DNA of 64,000 nucleotides from Sphingomonas sp. GTDB lineage: Bacteria > Pseudomonadota > Alphaproteobacteria > Sphingomonadales > Sphingomonadaceae. The translations under genes were made by a program, and so were the position numbers. Shown here piece by piece: positions 9,464 to 18,900 of this stretch. How positions within the stretch are numbered: the stretch's first letter is position 1; the number at the start of each line of letters is the position of its first letter. Location of the stretch: contig NZ_DASYHL010000005.1 in NCBI RefSeq assembly GCF_035998645.1, positions 807,487-871,486 of the forward strand, written 5' to 3'. The notes under the pieces were generated by a model. The model saw nothing but the letters and a program-made list of their open reading frames with translations, was not told the DNA's origin and ran no database searches.

Positions 9464-11431
9464 TCAGATTGAGGAAATCTCTGGACCGCGTCGCCTGCTT
9501 CCAAGCTGCCAGTCGATACCGCCTGATTGCACGGTGCCCGCTACCCGATTGCCGAACTGCCGTTCGAGCACCGGACGCCACGGCACCAGCGTAAACTCGC
9601 GGCTGCGCTCAACGAGCGCGTAGCGACCACTCATCAACGCGATCCGACGCGTCAATCGCCCGTCGATTTTCTCGCCCTGCCTGGACTCGACAAAGACCTT
9701 GCGCAACGAGCCCTCGAGTTCGCCGGCCACGCGCAGCAACTCGCGCCGCTGCAATAGGGCAAGCGCGCCGCGGTTGAACGCGATCCCGCCGGCTACAGGC
9801 TGCGCCAGCCCCTGCTCGATCAACCATTGCCGACGCGCGGCAAGCGCGGCGCGCACCTCGCGACCGAACCCCGCGTCGCGCGCCACGATCGGCTCCTCGC
9901 CCGCAAGCGCCCGATCAAGCCAGGTTGCGGCATTCGCGCCCGGCAATTGATCGAGCGGGGCGCTGGACAGCGTCTCGATCAACACCGGCTGATCGCGCGC
10001 CAGCCGCCCCTCATAGGCACGCACTCGCTCGAGGTGCCGATCGCTGACAATCCAGCTCCCATCGTCCTGCCGCTCGACGACGCCCGCGCGCCGCAATGCC
10101 TCGAGCCTGCGCACATGGGCTTGCGCGAAGGTGCTGCTCGCCGCGGGATCGTCGCGAAGGTGCAACTCGACCGAATAGCGGCCGCCATTGGCAGCGGCGA
10201 TCCGCGCGATCGTCCGGTCGGCCTCGCGGACCTCGGCAACTTGGGCGGTCACGCGCACGATCGCCCCCTCGGGCAACGGGTCCGACGCACCGGCACTGCC
10301 GATATCGAGATAATGAACCCGTCCATCGACCCCATCCACGATCAGATACTGGCGGTCGCGATGTTCGTCTGAGAGCCCGCGCTGGACGACCCGCCCGACG
10401 ACCGGTGCCGCAAGCGTGCCCGCGATCACCCGATCGGCAGGCGCACGCTCGAGCTTCCGCGCGGTCAGTTCGCGCTGCATCAGGCGGATGATGTCGCCGC
10501 GCTCGCCCATGCGCCGCAGCGTATCCTCAAGGCCGTCGGCGAGCCGCCAGCGGCCCTGGCCCAGATCATCGGCAAGACCCATCGCGGCGAGCTTGCGCAA
10601 ACGACCGGTTGCGACCGCCTGCTGGAAGGGGTCGTTGTGCGCGGGACTGGTGATCCGATCGGGGTCCATCCGCGCCAGCAATCGGCGATCGATCGCCGTC
10701 AGCCGCTCCTGCTCGACATCCTGCCGGAGCCGGTTCTCGATCTCGCGGTCGGTTCTTGGTCCCAAATCGAGTGACGCAAGCTCGGCGGCGCGCTCACGGA
10801 AGCCATGCGCGATATATTCCCGAGCGATGACGAGGTTCTCGCCGCGATCATCGACCCCGCGCAGCACGATATGCGTGTGCGGGCGCTCGGTGTTGAAGTG
10901 ATCGACCGCGACCCAGTCGAGCTTCGTTCCAAGGTCATGCTCAGCCTGGGCCATCAGGCGCCGGATGAACGGCTTGAGGTCGGGATACTCAGCGCCATCC
11001 TCGGCCGACACAATGAAGCGGAACAGGTGACGATCGCCGCCGCAGCGCTCGAGAAACGCCTTGCCGTCGGCGGCATCGCGATCGCGCCCGTACAGCGCAC
11101 CCGGCGAACCCTCGCGGGTGACCCCGTCGCGCTGGATATAGCGCAGGTGTGCGCGGGTCGCGGCGAGCGCCGTTCCGCGCATCCGCACGAGCCGGGTTTT
11201 GACGATGGCCCGGCGCGCGCGCAGCCCGACGAAGCGATCGCGGCTCGACAGCAGCCGCCCGATGCTCGCGCCGCGTCCGATCCGGCTGCCATCGAAGCGG
11301 CCCCGCTTTACGCCGCCAGAGCCTCCGGCGAGACGGGCCGCAGCGAGCACGCGTCCGCCATATTTGACAACGCGCTTGCCGTCCTGGCCGCCGGGCTTGC
11401 CGAGCTTGGGGGTGAACTCGTCGTCGCTCAC
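9464..11431 (-). CDS. rlxS: Relaxase, RlxS/VirD2-like with DUF3363 C-terminus
   Basis: HLRYIQRDG (catalytic Tyr), HUH motif AVDHFNTERPHTHIVLRG, C-terminal RYALVERSREFTLVPW. Confidence 0.9.
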   Translation of the reverse strand: MSDDEFTPKLGKPGGQDGKRVVKYGGRVLAAARLAGGSGGVKRGRFDGSRIGRGASIGRLLSSRDRFVGLRARRAIVKTRLVRMRGTALAATRAHLRYIQRDGVTREGSPGALYGRDRDAADGKAFLERCGGDRHLFRFIVSAEDGAEYPDLKPFIRRLMAQAEHDLGTKLDWVAVDHFNTERPHTHIVLRGVDDRGENLVIAREYIAHGFRERAAELASLDLGPRTDREIENRLRQDVEQERLTAIDRRLLARMDPDRITSPAHNDPFQQAVATGRLRKLAAMGLADDLGQGRWRLADGLEDTLRRMGERGDIIRLMQRELTARKLERAPADRVIAGTLAAPVVGRVVQRGLSDEHRDRQYLIVDGVDGRVHYLDIGSAGASDPLPEGAIVRVTAQVAEVREADRTIARIAAANGGRYSVELHLRDDPAASSTFAQAHVRRLEALRRAGVVERQDDGSWIVSDRHLERVRAYEGRLARDQPVLIETLSSAPLDQLPGANAATWLDRALAGEEPIVARDAGFGREVRAALAARRQWLIEQGLAQPVAGGIAFNRGALALLQRRELLRVAGELEGSLRKVFVESRQGEKIDGRLTRRIALMSGRYALVERSREFTLVPWRPVLERQFGNRVAGTVQSGGIDWQLGSRRRGPEISSI

Positions 11432-11499
11432 CGCGCCGCGTCCTCAGTCTCGCGATTTTGCCCGGCAACCCACGCATTTGCGCCATTCTTCGCGATCAT

Positions 11500-11670
11500 G
11501 TCTCGCGCGACCGCTTCGCGGTCTCGCAACAAAAGGATGTGCAGACAATCACTTGAGCAGGGTCGAGAGACACTGCCTTTATCTTGTTTTCCCTTCTCCT
11601 TCCCCCCACCCCCTCCCCGGCTCAAAAAGAACGCCGGGACACGCCACCCCAAGGGCGGCGCATCCCGGCG
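11500..11670. other. Candidate oriT region upstream of the relaxase
   Basis: Non-coding; imperfect IR GCGACCGC-TTC-GCGGTCTCGC next to CACATCCT (minus strand, resembles the MOBP nic core YATCCTG); a second hairpin CGCCGGGA...TCCCGGCG at about 11632-11670. Confidence 0.3.
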
Positions 11671-11686
11671 CTGTGCAGGCAGAACC

Positions 11687-12043
11687 TCAGGCATCCGCGA
11701 ACGCCGCCAGCGCTTGCGATCGCCGTTGGAACGACCGTTTGCACAGCATGCCATGTGGGCTGCCCTCGCCATCCACGAGCATCGTGGCCACGAACCAGCG
11801 CCCCTCGAGACAGCCCAGAATGCGCACCCGATCGAGCTCGATGTCGTCGGCATCATCGTCCAAAAACGGCCCGATCCAGCGCTCCTCGATGCGCGCATCC
11901 CACGCAAAATCCAGCTCTTCTGCGCCCAGAAAGCGCTGCGCCAGCGCCGCGCCGGCATCGTCCCCGAACTCGATCTGCAAGCCGGCGATCAATGCCGAAA
12001 CCACACGCTCCGACGGGACTGAAATGGGTTGAAAGCAAGACAT
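11687..12043 (-). CDS. Hypothetical protein in the transfer operon
   Basis: ATG at 12043; acidic 118-aa globular sequence between the lytic transglycosylase and rlxS. Confidence 0.6.
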   Translation of the reverse strand: MSCFQPISVPSERVVSALIAGLQIEFGDDAGAALAQRFLGAEELDFAWDARIEERWIGPFLDDDADDIELDRVRILGCLEGRWFVATMLVDGEGSPHGMLCKRSFQRRSQALAAFADA

Positions 12044-12264
12044 GATCCGTTCCTTCGCTGTCGCCCTCCGACGTGAGGACCACAGTCGAACGACGGGCGG
12101 CGGAGCGGCTGTCAGGGCCGCCGGAGCGCTAGCGCAGGCGCCGCGAAGCGGACGCGGGGGGAGCCGATTTGCGCAGCAAATTGGGGGGCACCCGCGGGCC
12201 TTGATAGCCGCTTTGCCGCCCGTCATGCTTGGACGACCGAGACGCCACCCTCCCCCGCTCACGA

Positions 12265-12867
12265 TCATTGCGGCACCCTGCGGAGGAAGAAGATCGGATC
12301 GCCGCCATCCCCGGGCGCAGCCGCACGTCCCGCCACATCGGATGCCCGACCCACCACAAACACCTCCGGCGGATCGCCCGCTAGGGTCGCATCCCCCGGC
12401 CCCTGCGCGCCCACAGCCGCGAGATAGGCGACGGTCTCGCCGGGCAGCGATCGTTTGCCCGCAAGCCACGCGCGATAGCGCGCCGGCCCGGCATTATAGG
12501 CCGCAAAACAGCCGGGATATCCGAACTGATCGTACATCGCGCGCAGGTAGAAAGTGCCGGCGAGGATATTGTCGCGCGGATCGTCAGGGTCGGCGCCGAG
12601 CCCGAGCGTCGCGCGCACTTCGCCCCAGGTTCCCGGCATCAGCTGCATCAGCCCGATCGCGCCCTTGACGCTGCGGATCGGACGGCCGCCAAGACGGGTC
12701 CGCCCCCCGCTCTCGGCGCGCATCACCCGCTCGATCCACTCGGCGGGAACGCCGAACCGGGCCGAGGCCTCGGCGATATAGGGCTGCCAGCGCGCGACAT
12801 CGCGCGCCTGCGCAGGCGCTACGGCAACCAGCGCGATCGCAGCCACGGCAAGCCTCAGCGCTGCCAC
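12265..12867 (-). CDS. Lytic transglycosylase (SLT domain, Msi107-like)
   Basis: GTG start overlapping traF; signal peptide; MRAESGG, GAIGLMQLMP, AAYNAGP. Confidence 0.9.
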   Translation of the reverse strand: MAALRLAVAAIALVAVAPAQARDVARWQPYIAEASARFGVPAEWIERVMRAESGGRTRLGGRPIRSVKGAIGLMQLMPGTWGEVRATLGLGADPDDPRDNILAGTFYLRAMYDQFGYPGCFAAYNAGPARYRAWLAGKRSLPGETVAYLAAVGAQGPGDATLAGDPPEVFVVGRASDVAGRAAAPGDGGDPIFFLRRVPQ

Positions 12868-13433
12868 AGCAGCACCGCGCGGCCGACGATATCGGCGCCT
12901 TCCGTAACCCCGAAATAGCGCCCGTCGAACGAGCCGGGCGCGTCCATCAGCAGCAGCTGTTGCCGCCCGGACAGGCGCACGCACCCGCTCCACCACGGCA
13001 TTGCACGCCCCTGCCCGTCGCGGCGCAACCGCCGCGCGACCACCCGGCCACCGACCAGGATCACTGCCCCCGAAGCGCAGACCTCGCTGCCCGCGACGGC
13101 TGCAACGCGCTTCACCAGCGGCACATTCTGCGGGAGATAGCCGCGCACGGCAGCAAGCCGCCGCCACGGCAGCGGCACACGTGCGATCACCATGTCGCCG
13201 ACGGCGGCAGGCGTTCCGGGCGCAACGCGATAGAGCCCGATCGGCGCGCTCGCGCTGGCGTTCCACAGCAGCCGCGGCGCGGGCGGCGCGACGATCGTGC
13301 CTGCCAGCGCGAGCACGCCAGCGCCGATCCCGAGCGCGGCAACCCGCAGCTGCCGCGTCCGCCGCGCCGCGCGAAGCGCCTCGCCCCAGGCGAGCAGCGG
13401 CGCGTCGCCGGTGGAGGTCCGGCGCGCGCTCAT
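12855..13433 (-). CDS. traF: S26 family conjugal-transfer peptidase TraF
   Basis: WNASASAPIGLY, PLVKRVAA, SFDGRYFG. Confidence 0.9.
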   Translation of the reverse strand: MSARRTSTGDAPLLAWGEALRAARRTRQLRVAALGIGAGVLALAGTIVAPPAPRLLWNASASAPIGLYRVAPGTPAAVGDMVIARVPLPWRRLAAVRGYLPQNVPLVKRVAAVAGSEVCASGAVILVGGRVVARRLRRDGQGRAMPWWSGCVRLSGRQQLLLMDAPGSFDGRYFGVTEGADIVGRAVLLWQR

Positions 13434-13660
13434 GGCGCGATCTGCCGCGCGCTATGCTCGCGGCTCCAGTCGTCGAGATCGTCGATATGATATTGAACAA
13501 AGCGGCTATGGCGCCGGAACACCGGCCCCTTCCCGGCCCGGCGCAGGCGCTTCAACCCGCGCACCGAGATCTTGAGATAGGCCGCTGCCTGATCGGTATT
13601 GAGGAAGGGCGAGCCGCGCTTGGCGCGGCCGGCACGATCGATATCGTCGGGATAATCCAT
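13430..13660 (-). CDS. rdfS: Small winged-HTH excisionase / recombination directionality factor (RdfS-like)
   Basis: FLNTDQAAAYLKISVRGLKRLR...GPVF...VQYHIDDLDDW; first gene of the traF-LT-rlxS operon. Confidence 0.7.
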   Translation of the reverse strand: MDYPDDIDRAGRAKRGSPFLNTDQAAAYLKISVRGLKRLRRAGKGPVFRRHSRFVQYHIDDLDDWSREHSARQIAP

Positions 13661-13740
13661 GAGGGGCTTGCTCCGCACCGAAGCGGCCCCATGCCGCTTC
13701 GCGCGGCACTTCATCTGTCGCAGCAGACCCCCGCGCGGCA

Positions 13741-13772
13741 GGGTCGAAAACGCCTAGCAGCGAATTCGACCC
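13741..13772. promoter_or_regulatory. FseA-type inverted repeat GGGTCGAA-N16-TTCGACCC upstream of the rdfS-like gene
   Basis: Perfect 8-bp IR with a 16-nt spacer about 80 bp upstream of the ATG at 13660; same geometry as the GGCGAA-N16-TTCGCC box I recall for ICEMlSym PrdfS. Confidence 0.65.
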
Positions 13773-13790
13773 CCTACCGCTCCGGGCACG

Positions 13791-14696
13791 TCAGATGTCG
13801 GGCTCCGCAAGCCGCCGCTGCGCAATCGCCTTCACCTCGGCCTGCAGAAGTTCGACCCGCTCGACGATCCAGTCGAGCTCCTCGCGGGTGATCCGATAGT
13901 GCGGCGAGTAGCGCGCATTGACATAGGCCTGCTGCAGCAATTCAAAGCAGCGGCGCGCGAATTTGGTGTCGCGCGGCCACACCGGAATGAGGTCGCGCGC
14001 GACATTCTCGGCCTGATCGCGCAGGAAATTGAGCTTGTGCGACTTGGGACTGTAGAGCGTCAGCACAAGTAACAGCGTATGGTAGGCATGCTCGACGGCT
14101 TGGTGCAGAAGAAAGGCCGCGCGGTTGTTATAGCCCTTGTCCACTGCGCCCTGTGCGAGGTCTAAAAACTCGGCAGCGCTCGAATACCACTGAGCGAAAT
14201 TCGCCTGCGCCTCGGCCCGCGCAGCTTCCGGATCAAGCGGCTTCGGCGCCTCGAACGGGTGCCCGTCGAGCTGGTAGAGGGCGACCCCATCGCGCACGAT
14301 ATCGACAAAGAACGGACGCCCCCGCGCGAGCAGGTCGTTTACATCCTTGAGGCTGTGCACGATGAAATTGACCGGCGCCGAGAGCCGCTTGCTGATCGAA
14401 TACTCCCGCAGCAGATGGTCGGCAGCCTTGGCCCAATAGTCGAGCGTATCGGTGAGGCGCTCATCACTGACGACCACGAGAATGTCGTAATCCGAGTAAT
14501 AGCCACCGATCGGATCGGCGACCCAATCGCCACGCGCATAGGAGCCGTAGAGGATCACCTTGAGGATGCGCCCCTGCTTCTTCCATTGCTGGGTCGCAAG
14601 GCGCGTCGCGTCCTCGAATTCAGCGAACAGGATCTCGACAACGCGCTCGAGGTCGCGGCGCTTGGCGGATGGAAGATGATCGAGATCGGTTTTCAT
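13791..14696 (-). CDS. Nucleotidyltransferase (MNT) + HEPN fusion protein
   Basis: LYGSYARGD...SDYDIL (GS/DxD) followed by HEPN AAFLLHQAVEHAY and YVNARYSPHY. Confidence 0.85.
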   Translation of the reverse strand: MKTDLDHLPSAKRRDLERVVEILFAEFEDATRLATQQWKKQGRILKVILYGSYARGDWVADPIGGYYSDYDILVVVSDERLTDTLDYWAKAADHLLREYSISKRLSAPVNFIVHSLKDVNDLLARGRPFFVDIVRDGVALYQLDGHPFEAPKPLDPEAARAEAQANFAQWYSSAAEFLDLAQGAVDKGYNNRAAFLLHQAVEHAYHTLLLVLTLYSPKSHKLNFLRDQAENVARDLIPVWPRDTKFARRCFELLQQAYVNARYSPHYRITREELDWIVERVELLQAEVKAIAQRRLAEPDI

Positions 14697-14760
14697 GATG
14701 GTTCGAATCCTAGCGGGCTTCTGGCCAAGAACAACGGCAACATGAAGCAGAAAGGGAAGA

Positions 14761-14786
14761 GACCCCGCGCCGCTTGGCGCGGGGTC
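14761..14786 (-). terminator. Hairpin terminator after DUF736
   Basis: GACCCCGCGCC-GCTT-GGCGCGGGGTC, an 11-bp perfect stem followed by a pyrimidine-rich tract on the minus strand. Confidence 0.6.
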
Positions 14787-14793
14787 CAGGCGG

Positions 14794-15114
14794 TCAGTCG
14801 GCCGGATTCCAGATGATGGCGAAGCTGTCGTCATCGGTGTGACCAGCGGCGCGACCGAGATTGGCGTAGAGCCGGCGGGGTCCGAACTCGGGTGCAGCGA
14901 GGCTCAGCGACACATAGTCCTTGCCCGAGGTTTCGCTGCGGCGCAGCCACCCCGCGCCGACCTCGACGCCGCCCGAAGTAACCCGATAATCGGGCTGGTT
15001 GTCGCTGGTCTTGCGGTCGTTGGGGGCGATCAGGATATCCGCCCGGATTGAGAGGGTCTTGAGCTCGCCCTTGAAGGCGTTGCCGTCGCGGGTGACGTAA
15101 CCGATAGCAGCCAT
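14794..15114 (-). CDS. DUF736 domain protein
   Basis: MAAIGYV...QPDYRV...EVGAGW...GKDYVSLSLAAPEFG...LYANLG...IIWNP. Confidence 0.9.
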   Translation of the reverse strand: MAAIGYVTRDGNAFKGELKTLSIRADILIAPNDRKTSDNQPDYRVTSGGVEVGAGWLRRSETSGKDYVSLSLAAPEFGPRRLYANLGRAAGHTDDDSFAIIWNPAD

Positions 15115-15982
15115 GATACTTCTCCTTGTGGTTCGCCCCGCGGAATGCCGGGCGATGGGCAGACCAAGGGAACGGTGACAGCGGAACGGCGAACCCGAAG
15201 GGCCGCAGCGTCAGCGGAGGACCGGAGCGAAGCGACTTATTTGCAGCGAAGCGGCCGCGAGGAGCCCGCCTGCGGGCGGGGAAATAAGCCGCCACGCGAT
15301 GGTTTTGTCCGTACCGCGACCGTTCCAGGTCAAGTCCCAAGAGCCGCCTTTCCGTCGGGCGAAATCACGGAGGTTCTCGGTGCAAGCTGTCGGTGTTTAG
15401 CCTACACGCAAACGATCGGGGCGCACTCAACCGAGAACTTGCAAATCCGGCGAATGACGGGCTACGGCCACAGCTGCTACGGAACCCCATTCAAAGTTCG
15501 GGATGCGAATTGACGCTGGGCGGCAAACCGCGGGGCTAATAGCGAGCTCGCGACCGGCTTCGGCGCTTCTCCGAAACGGGCGCATCCGAGCGCACGAAGC
15601 GTGCCCGCCGTGGCGGTTAGCCGCGCGCGACCGCCATGCGCGGCGCCTTTGCAACGGTGCTGAGCTCCCTAACGTGAAGTGTCGTAACTAAGCAACGGTC
15701 GTCAGCTTTGCGCCTCAAAGTCGGTCGTCGAGCCTGCCGGATAAAAGCCGGAAATCTGCCGTTCGCTCACCGCGCGGGCCGCGCATCCGGGAACGGCTGA
15801 GATTGGGAGAAGGCGCCGCTCCTATGCCGCAGATTAAGCGTCAGCTGCTGTCGGGAGGCGACGTGCAGCGCTTGTTCGCGCGGCGTGACGTTAAGATGAA
15901 GCTGGGTCGGCTGGAGACCGGCCGCTTTCAGCAAACGATCCAATGAGCTGGACGTTCGGTGGCGCTCGGTCGCACCGCGCTT

Positions 15983-18900
15983 CTACTGTCCTCGCTTCTT
16001 TCCATTTTTATGGCCCTTTTTCGAGCTTGGTTTCGACATCTTCGCCGCCTTTTTGGCGGCTTTCGCGGCCTTGGTCGCCTTGGTATCGATGCCGCGCTTG
16101 GTCAGATCTATCCCGATGACGCGTATGTCCTCGACGCCGGGGTAGTCGTTAGAGATGAGTGTCCAGTGGCGCTGGAGCTCGTCGACCAGCATCTCGAAGG
16201 TGTCGGCCCGTCGGCCGTTTGGCAGCTCCCAGTACGACTTCGTGCCGAGGTAAACCAAAAGGAAGATGCCGCGGCTTGACCGGACGTCGCGCAGGTAGTC
16301 GCCGCACAGCTGGACCTCGAGTCGTTCGAAGAGGTGCGGTCCGGTCCATTTGTCTGCCAGCTTCAGCTCGGTCGGCACGGGTGCATCGAAGCCGACGCCG
16401 AAGAAGCGGAGGTCCGGCCGCTTGGCGTCCGCTAGTTCCTCTTCCTGCGGGACAACGTAGCGTCCGGCGGCATGGTCGCGGCACCATCCGCCGATGAACT
16501 TCCGGAACTCCGTCTCTTGGTCGATCGCCTGCAGGATCGATGCGATCGAGGAATCGCCGTTCTCGAGGTCGTGTTTCAGCGCGTCGAGCTTGTCGGCGGC
16601 GTGATACCAAAGTTCGCGGTGGTTCGCAGGCGTCGCGACGAGGGACTTTCCGAACTCGCGCACCTGTGCCGGGGTCCAGGCGTCGACGTCCGCATCGGCC
16701 GCGGCCTTCGCCTTCGCGTGGAAGCCCATCCAGGGTCTGCTTCCCTCATCGGGGTGCGCGCGCGCCATCTCGAGCAGCGCGAGGAACGCCGGTTTGCCGG
16801 GCGTCTCGCGGATGAAGGCGATGAGCGCGTTGCGCGCGTCCTGCGCGTCGTCACGCAGGCCCGGCGAGTAGACGCCCTTGCCGGCACGCTGGACGTCATC
16901 CTCCTGCCGTATGTAGCGAGCCATTAGGAGGTAGAGCGACTTCATGTGCTCGACCGTGCGGAAGGCCTGGCGCGCTCGACCCTCCTGCGAACGGCCGCCG
17001 AGCAGGGCGACGACGAAGGCGAGCGCCAGTTTCGTCTGCTCTGCGGGATCGTTCATCCCGGCAAAGCGGGCCGCGAGCGCGGGGATCGCCGCATCCGGGT
17101 CGACGCCGACCCATGTGGCGAACCAGATCGGGGAGAAGGTCAGGTTGCGGGTGGCATTTGCCTTCCGGGACGCGATCGCGGCGATCGTCTTGTCATCCAC
17201 CGACGAGCGGTTGATGATCGCCAGCAGGTAGCCGAGGTTCCTGGTGTTGAGCCGCTTGGCGCGTATCGCTGGTAGTAGGTCCGGCGCGATATGGTCCCAT
17301 ATCCAGTCGCCGCTCCAACTGACGTCATAGAGCGCGTAGTGGCTCTCGCCTGCGGCCGTCTCGGTGGACAGCTCCTGCATGATCTCGCGGCGGATGATGT
17401 CGACGACCTGCGAGGGGAACGTCTTGCTGAGCTGCGGGAGCCAGGTCGGGAAGCCATTCAGCTCCTGAAGCCCATAGCGGGTGGCGATCTCCGCTTGGTC
17501 CGCGTTCAGGCCGGATGGCCAGTTCTCGGTCTCCCGGGCCTCAATCGAGAGGCCGGTGAGCCCGAATATCGTCGTGAAGGGCGTCGTGTTGGCGGCCGCG
17601 CCCTCGGAACGGAGCTTCGGTATGTTCTGTCGCCAGTAGTCGACAGCACCGTCGCGGAACGCCTCCGCGAGGTCTTCGCCGAACTCGTCAATGAGGGAGC
17701 GCCAATTGCCGTCGGTCCAGCGATTATGCTGACCGTCGGTTTCCCGCATCTGGTCGTGGAGATAGGCCTGGTCTTGCGACACCAAGCCCGGTCGGCCGAA
17801 GTTCCGGACGGTGGCGATGCGACCCGCAAGAATCTTCTTCGCCCTCTGCTTCGCCTTCGCCTCTTTCGCGGCCCGCCGGTCGGATTCGCGCTTCCATGCT
17901 GCCTGCTGGCGCTTGAATTTTGCGCCGGCGCCCTTGGGAGGGTTGAGCAGCTTCGCGAGTTCTGCCTCGATCTCTGGCTCGATCGTAGCGGCCTTCTTGA
18001 GACGGTCCCGCCAAGCACGGAGCCGCCCGTTCTGGTAGTACAGCGCGACTGCGAGCGTGAGGGCCGTCAGCTTGTCGTCTTTGAGCGGCCGTCCGGTGAT
18101 CTGCTCGGCCACGTAGTCGAAGTCCGGTCCGCTGAACGCCCAATAGGAACCGAAGATTGACACGAGCCAGTAATCGGTCAGACATTCGCCGCTCTTACGC
18201 TTCCGCGAACGCTCCTCGGCGACGCAGTACCAGAACAACGCGCGGTTGAGCTCAGGCCATGCCTGGACCAGTTTCGGCAGGTCCTTGCGGATTTCCTCGA
18301 ACAGGCTGCGGCCATAGTCCTCGGCGATCGGAAGTTTCCGCAACACCGACAGTGCCGGCTTCTTGAGCGTCTCCGGATTGCGGCCCTGGATCATCTTCAC
18401 AACGATCTGACCGGCGGCCTGCCCAAGCCAGCTGTACCGCTTGGATATCTCGCAGTGGCGCTGCTCGACCACGGGCTTCCGGTTCAAAAGCTTGCTGATC
18501 CCCTCCAGCAGGGTCGCGAGCGATGAAGGCGGGAGCGATGCCACGTATCCGGACAGCGCGTTGGCGAGCGGATCGGTCTCGAACTGCTTCTTGGGTTCGG
18601 TGGCCGCAAGGGCCGAGAGGAGCCAATCCACGTCGGCCGGGGCGTTGCCGAGCCCGTCCAGAAGCTCACCCAGCCAGTCGCGCCTCAGCGGCGGCCGCTC
18701 CGCGACGAACGCCATGCGAACGTCGGCGACGTCCTCAGGCGTCCCCACCTCCACGATGGCCCGTACGGCGGCGATGCGCGCGTATTTCGACCGCGACGTA
18801 AGGGCGAATCGTTTCGCCTTGTCGGCGAGCGCGGCGATGCCGCCCTGTTGGACCATCCGCATGAGGAACCAGACGATGTCGTCGTCGTCCTTGTGGTTCT

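Noticed and set aside
10805-12022. 405-aa plus-strand ORF
   Set aside because: Antisense to rlxS and across the candidate oriT.
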